A DNA stretch of 64,000 bases from an uncultured Gemmatimonadales bacterium (GTDB taxonomy: Bacteria; Gemmatimonadota; Gemmatimonadetes; Gemmatimonadales; GWC2-71-9), in contig CAVSLV010000001.1 of assembly GCA_963728915.1 (NCBI GenBank), forward strand, positions 1,600,001 through 1,664,000, read 5' to 3'. Of this stretch, positions 58,501-64,000 are shown piece by piece. A model generated the notes under the pieces. The model saw only the letters and a list, made by a program, of their open reading frames with translations, was not told the origin of the DNA and did not search any database. The stretch's first letter is position 1. Every line of letters starts with the position of its first letter. The translations under genes and the position numbers were made by a program.

Positions 58501-60181
58501 GTCCCGCCAAACGAGCCTTCCTTCGGGAAATCGGAATTGAGCATGTGCTGGACTCCCGCTCCACCGGCTTTGCGGATGAGATCCTCCGACTGACCGGTGG
58601 CAAGGGGGTCAACGTTGTTCTGAACTCCCTCTCCGGCAATGCCATTGCGGCCAGCGTGCGGGCTCTGGCTCCGCGTGGGCGCTTCGTCGAGATCGGCAAG
58701 CGAGGAATCTGGAGCGCCGAGGAAATGTCCAGAACCGCTCCGGGGATCGAGTTCTCGATCCTGGATATCGGGGACCTTCTCACGAATCAGCCGGCGGAGC
58801 TCAGTGGCATGGTGCGGGAGCTCCTCAGGGAAATCGAGACGAGCGCCCTGCCCACCCTCCCGGTCACCGTTTTTCCGATGAGCCGGGTCGCCGATGCGTT
58901 CCGGCACATGATGCAGGCCCGTCAAATTGGCAAGATTGTAGTGGACCACGAACACAACCGGCCGATGTCACGGATCCGGCCTGATGCGACCTATCTCATC
59001 GTGGGCGGTTTCTCGGGCCTCGGCCTGCTCGCGGCGCGCTGGCTGGCGGATCAGGGAGCTCGCCACCTGGCGCTGGTCGGCCGGCGTGGCATGACGGCGG
59101 AGGCTGGATCAATCCTGGCCGGATTGCGGCAAGCCGGCGTGACCGTGCATCCTGCCGCTCTCGACATCGGTGATGAGCAAGGACTCGCCGAATTGCTGGA
59201 GCGGCTCCGAGGTCAGGCGCCCCCGCTTCGGGGGATACTGCACGCCGCCGGCATTCTGGACGACGGCGCGATTCTCTCTCAGGACTGGGCTCGATTCGCC
59301 CGAGTGCTGGGTCCCAAGGTCGCCGGAGCCCGCGCGCTGGACCGTCTTACCGCCTCCGACCCCCTGGACTGGTTTCTCATCTTCTCCTCGGCGGCATCGC
59401 TCCTCGGCTCGGCGGGCCAGGCGAATCACGCTGCGGCGAACGCGGTGCTCGACGTGCTGGCGCATGAACGGCAAAGAGTCGGCCGGCCGGCTCGGCAATC
59501 AACTGGGGCCCCTGGTCCAGCGTCGGCGCCGCGGCCGCGGCGTCCCTGCAGGCCCGGTTGGAAGTCCTGGGCCTTCGCGCCGTCACTCCGGAGGGAGGAT
59601 TCGCTCACCTCCGAGCCATGATGGAGGACGGATCTCCCCAGATCGGGGCCATGTCGGTGGACTGGAACCGATGGATCCAGCAACGCGGCAATCCCGGACT
59701 GCGCGAGTTCCTCGCCGGAATCGAGCAGCCCCGAGCCGGTGCCCTCCCGGTCGCGACGGCATTGCCGGCTTCCTCCCGCTCGCTTCGCGACCAGCTCGCC
59801 GGGGCGCCAGCGGGACGGAAGCAGGCGGTGCTCCGAACCTTCCTTCGGCAGACGGTCCGGCGAGTTCTGGGCCTGCCCGAATCGCGGCCGGTGGACGAGG
59901 GAGGCCCGCTCGGCGAGATGGGGCTCGATTCGCTTTTGGCGGTGGAGCTGCGCAACACCCTGAGCAAGGAGACCGGAGCCTCGCTCCCGGCCAGCTTGCT
60001 GTTCGACTACCCAACCATCGAGGCGCTCTCGGCTCATCTTGCGACCGCGGTGCTTGGGCTCGAAGGCGCGCCCGCGGAACCGGCCGGGGAGCCTGAGCCG
60101 ACGGACGATCTGCTTGGAGCGATTGAGCGGATGTCGGATGATGAAGTGGATCGGATGCTCACGGGAGGGTCTCGCGAATGA
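52562..60181 (+). CDS. type I PKS 4: KS-AT-DH-cMT-ER-KR-ACP (several apparent frameshifts)
   Basis: [41 protein letters not shown] + [48 protein letters not shown]...[20 protein letters not shown] start 52562. Confidence 0.9.
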
Positions 60182-63100
60182 GCGATTTCGCGGATCGCCT
60201 GTCCCGGTTGTCCCCCCAGAAACTGGCGCTGCTCGCTCAGGAGCTGCAAGCCAGGCTTCAGGCCGCGGAACAGCGGACCGCCGAACCCATCGCGATCATC
60301 GGCGCAGGCTGCCGGCTCCCGGGAGCCGACGGTCCGGCTGCGTTCTGGCGTCTGCTGGAGGAAGGACGGGATGCGATCCGAGAGGTACCCTCTGACCGCT
60401 GGAATGCGGACGCCTGGTATGACCCTGATCCGGACGTTCCGGGGCGCATGAATTCGCGGTGGGGCGGTTTCCTCGACGACATCGACAAGTTCGATCCCCA
60501 GTTCTTCGGGATTGCCCCGCGCGAAGCAAGGACCATGGATCCGCAACAGCGGTTGCTGCTCGAGGTCAGCTGGGAGGCATTGGAGCATGCGGGCCAGGCG
60601 CCGGACCGGCTTGGTGGGACGCCGACCGGGGTCTTCGTCGGTATCAGCGGAATGGATTACCTCCAACTGATCCGGGACCGTGCGGGGCTCGACAATCTCT
60701 ACTTCTCGACCGGTCAATCCCACGCGGTGGCCGCGGGACGCATCTCGTATATCCTGGGACTGCGGGGACCGGCGCTCGCCGTTGATACCGCCTGCTCGTC
60801 CTCGCTCGTCGCGGTCCACCTCGCCTGCCAATCGCTGCAATCGGGGGAATGCCGGCTGGCTCTCGCCGGGGGCGTGAACGTGATCCTGGTGCCGGCCATC
60901 ACGCTCTCACTCTCCGCGGCCCACATGATGGCGGCCGACGGCAGGTGCAAGACGTTTGCGGACGCGGCTGACGGGTTCGTGCGAGGCGAAGGATGCGGGG
61001 TCGTGGTGCTCAAGCGCCTCGACGACGCGGTCGCTGATGGTGATCGAGTGCTGGCGGTGATCACTGGAAGCGCGGTGAACCAGGACGGCACCAGCAGCGG
61101 GCTTACAGCGCCGAATGGGCCGGCCCAGGAAGAGGTGATCCGCGCAGCACTCCGGAAGGCCCGGCTCGCACCGGCGGACATCGATTACGTCGAGGCCCAT
61201 GGAACCGGCACCCAGCTGGGCGACCCCATGGAAATCCGGGCCCTCGCCCGTGCCCTTGGGGCCGGCCGTGAGTCGCCCCTCCTGGTGGGCTCGGTGAAGA
61301 CCAACTTTGGACACCTGGAGGCGACGGCGGGAATTGCCGGCCTCATGAAGGTCATGCTCGCCCTCCGTCATGAAACCATTCCCCGGCACCTCCACTTCGA
61401 CGAGCCCAGCCGGAACATCGACTGGGAGAGCATGCCGGTGAGAGTTGCCGCCGAGCCGGTTCGGTGGCCCCGAACGTCAAGGCCCCGCCGGGCGGGAGTG
61501 AGCTCGTTCGGGTTCAGCGGCACCAATGCCCACCTCATCCTCGAGGAAGCCCCGCTTCTCGCCCCTCCTCCGGTGAGCGGGGAGCGCCCGCTCCACTGTC
61601 TGCCGCTTTCGGCCAAGACCCCGGCGGCGCTCCGCGCCGTCGCGCAACGGTACCTCGATGCCTTCCGCGATGGCGAGCACGCCATCCCCGATGTCGCGCA
61701 CACCGCTGCGACCGGGCGGGCGCATTTCGCGCACCGGGCCGCCATCGTCATTCACGACCGCAACGACGCGATGCGAGGCCTCGAGCGAGTGCAGCGCGGC
61801 GAGCATGCGCGGGAGCCCACCGATCGGCGGGACCGTTCTTCCCCCCCCGAAGTGGTGTTCATGTATACCGGCCAGGGCGCGCAATACCCTGGGATGGGGC
61901 ATGCCCTCTACCAATCCGCGCCGGTGTTCCGGGACGTCATCGATCGATGCGACGCGTTGCTCGGCAGTGACCGGCAGGGCCGAACCCTGCGCGACGTCCT
62001 GGTGAAGGCAGGCGACGCCCCTCCGATTCACGAGACGGCATGGACCCAGCCGGCGCTGTTCGCGATCGAGTATGCGCTCACCGAGCTCTGGCGCTCGTGG
62101 GGGATTGTTCCCGCGGCGGTGATCGGGCATTCGCTGGGCGAGTATACCGCCGCATGTGTGGCCGGCGTGTTCTCCCTGGAGGATGGCCTGCGACTGGTCG
62201 CAGAGCGCGCCCGCCTCATGGCGAGCGTCCAAGCACCGGCCCTGATGGCCGCGGTCTATGCTTCTTTGGAAACCGTCGCGCCGCTGGTGTCCCGATGGGC
62301 CGCCAAGGCGGCGATCGCCGCGATCAACGCTCCCGACAACATCGTCATCTCGGGAGCGCGTGACACGGTCGAGGAGATCCTCGCGGATCTCGCCGAGCGG
62401 CACATCGAGGCCCACCGGCTCTTCGTCTCCGTCGCTGGGCACTCCCCGCTCATGGACCCGGTTCTCCCCGCCCTCGAGCAATTTGCGGGGAGCATTGCCA
62501 TGTCAGCCCCTCGGATACCGGTAGGCTGGAACCTGCCCGGCGAGCTCGTCAACGGGAGTCCGCCGGACCCCGGATACTGGGCGCAGCACGCGCGACAGCC
62601 GGTCCGCTTTGACGAAGGAATGCGAGGACTGTTCAACGAGGGATTCCGGATCTTCCTCGAGGCGGGGCCCCATCCCACCTTGCTCGCTCTGGCCGAGCGA
62701 AATGAAACCACGCCGGGTGTTCGCTATCTCGCTTCGCTGCGGCGGGGCAAGGAGGAATGGGGCGAGATGGTGGGAAGTCTGGCCGCCCTGTACGAAGAGG
62801 GCGCCGAAATCGACTGGGCAGCCTTTGATCGTCCCTACAGCCGGCGCCTGGTCACCCTGCCGACCTATCCGTTCGAGCGTTCGAGACACTGGGTTGAACC
62901 GGAAGGAAAAGTCCCGCTTCGCTCACCGTCACCGACCCCAGTTGACCAGTCGGTGAGGCGGTTATCGACCGCAACACCGATCTACGAGACCACCCTCTCT
63001 CCCAGCGCCCATCCCTGGCTGAGCGCACTCCGGGTTCACGGAAGGTCGCTCGCCCCAGGGCCACTCGTGCTCGAGCTCGCGATGCAGGCGATTCAGGACT

Positions 63101-64000
63101 GCTTTGGAAAGCAACCCCGGGAGCTCCTGGACCTCGCGTTCCTGGCGCCCCTGTTTCTGCGGGACCAGGGAACCCGGCTGCAGATCACCCTCGAGAGCCC
63201 CGAAGCCTCGAACCACGAGATCCGCTTCAGCGTGTACAGCGAATCGGAGCATGCCGACTCCTGGACCCTGCATACCACCGGGACCGCCAAGCAACCGATC
63301 AGCGCGCAGAGGGGGTCTCCGGATAGTCCGCCCTCCGGCCAGGAAGTTGAATCGGCCGATCGGTACTATGACCAGCTCGAACGGGCAGGTGTCTTCTTCG
63401 GCCCCGCTCTTCGGGGGCTTCGCGAAATCCGGCGGGGCGGCGGACGAGCCTGGGCCAGAGTCGAGCTCCCGGGTGCCGGGAGAAAAACCCGGTTCGGCTG
63501 GGCTGACCCCGCGATGGTTGAGGCAATCCTGCAGGCGACCGGCCTGGTTTTCCCGGAACCCCGTCCCGACGATCCTCCCCAGCTCCTGGTGGGGGTCGCC
63601 CGGATTGCTCTTCCAGAATCCCTTCCCGAAAGCGTCGTGGTGGATGCCAGGCTGCGTACCGCTCAGGGAGGAAGCTCCTTCACTGACTTGACGATCCGGG
63701 ACAGCCATGGTCGACCGGTCGGTGTAATCGAGGGAATCCGACTCGCTTCCCTTCCCCGGGAGCTCGTCGCCGACGAACCGCCTGGTGTCGGTCCGTACTA
63801 CCGTTTGCACTGGAGACCGGCGCCCTTGCCGGCATCACTCAGCCTGCCCGATTCGGCGACGTTCGAGGAACCTCTCAGGAAGCGGTTCCAAGCCGGCTCC
63901 GATATGCTCGACGGCCACGACCGCATTCTGGGCGGGCTCGACCGCCTGAGCGCCATATATATACGAAAAGCCCTCCTGGACCTCGGCTTTCAAGCCACCC
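60178..64000 (+). CDS. type I PKS 5, 5' part: KS-AT-DH(degenerate)-probable MT N-terminus; runs off the right edge
   Basis: Appears open from ATG 60178 to the window end (absent from the ORF track because it has no stop): [10 protein letters not shown] docking, [48 protein letters not shown]. Confidence 0.92.
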   Translation, partial: MSDFADRLSRLSPQKLALLAQELQARLQAAEQRTAEPIAIIGAGCRLPGADGPAAFWRLLEEGRDAIREVPSDRWNADAWYDPDPDVPGRMNSRWGGFLDDIDKFDPQFFGIAPREARTMDPQQRLLLEVSWEALEHAGQAPDRLGGTPTGVFVGISGMDYLQLIRDRAGLDNLYFSTGQSHAVAAGRISYILGLRGPALAVDTACSSSLVAVHLACQSLQSGECRLALAGGVNVILVPAITLSLSAAHMMAADGRCKTFADAADGFVRGEGCGVVVLKRLDDAVADGDRVLAVITGSAVNQDGTSSGLTAPNGPAQEEVIRAALRKARLAPADIDYVEAHGTGTQLGDPMEIRALARALGAGRESPLLVGSVKTNFGHLEATAGIAGLMKVMLALRHETIPRHLHFDEPSRNIDWESMPVRVAAEPVRWPRTSRPRRAGVSSFGFSGTNAHLILEEAPLLAPPPVSGERPLHCLPLSAKTPAALRAVAQRYLDAFRDGEHAIPDVAHTAATGRAHFAHRAAIVIHDRNDAMRGLERVQRGEHAREPTDRRDRSSPPEVVFMYTGQGAQYPGMGHALYQSAPVFRDVIDRCDALLGSDRQGRTLRDVLVKAGDAPPIHETAWTQPALFAIEYALTELWRSWGIVPAAVIGHSLGEYTAACVAGVFSLEDGLRLVAERARLMASVQAPALMAAVYASLETVAPLVSRWAAKAAIAAINAPDNIVISGARDTVEEILADLAERHIEAHRLFVSVAGHSPLMDPVLPALEQFAGSIAMSAPRIPVGWNLPGELVNGSPPDPGYWAQHARQPVRFDEGMRGLFNEGFRIFLEAGPHPTLLALAERNETTPGVRYLASLRRGKEEWGEMVGSLAALYEEGAEIDWAAFDRPYSRRLVTLPTYPFERSRHWVEPEGKVPLRSPSPTPVDQSVRRLSTATPIYETTLSPSAHPWLSALRVHGRSLAPGPLVLELAMQAIQDCFGKQPRELLDLAFLAPLFLRDQGTRLQITLESPEASNHEIRFSVYSESEHADSWTLHTTGTAKQPISAQRGSPDSPPSGQEVESADRYYDQLERAGVFFGPALRGLREIRRGGGRAWARVELPGAGRKTRFGWADPAMVEAILQATGLVFPEPRPDDPPQLLVGVARIALPESLPESVVVDARLRTAQGGSSFTDLTIRDSHGRPVGVIEGIRLASLPRELVADEPPGVGPYYRLHWRPAPLPASLSLPDSATFEEPLRKRFQAGSDMLDGHDRILGGLDRLSAIYIRKALLDLGFQAT

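Overview
GC-rich bacterial window, tentatively Gemmatimonadota-like (an unverified inference from gene content and style). 1-22.5 kb is housekeeping: the 5' part of a sigma-70 gene, a 7-tRNA operon with repeat-built hairpin spacers, a CPA2 antiporter, an otsAB fusion, a site-2 protease, rho-yqgF-mltG-scoAB-EEP, thiE, an rlmI-like methyltransferase, fdhF-tdh-kbl, a beta-barrel-like protein, an MPG glycosylase and a NYN-LOTUS protein. 22.6-64 kb is an accessory locus that continues past the right edge. Surface-polysaccharide genes (AlgD-like GDP-mannose dehydrogenase, GT4, Wzc) and a sigma-54 two-component pair sit directly beside a hybrid NRPS/type I PKS assembly line: PPTase, PvdE/SyrD-type exporter, a one-module NRPS, a type II TE and at least five cis-AT PKS genes. 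A shared 18-bp box in 22-bp-spaced arrays, plus -24/-12 promoters, appears upstream of the polysaccharide genes and in the NRPS/PKS divergent region, suggesting one co-regulated system. The assembly line has several non-canonical active sites: a Cys-type TE, an A-domain pocket with two Arg, VASH/HGAH/VAGH AT motifs, a Tyr->His KR and a dead DH. Many single-base frameshifts break algD and PKS1-4; they look like long-read errors, but this needs checking. All calls are by eye from motifs; no searches were run.
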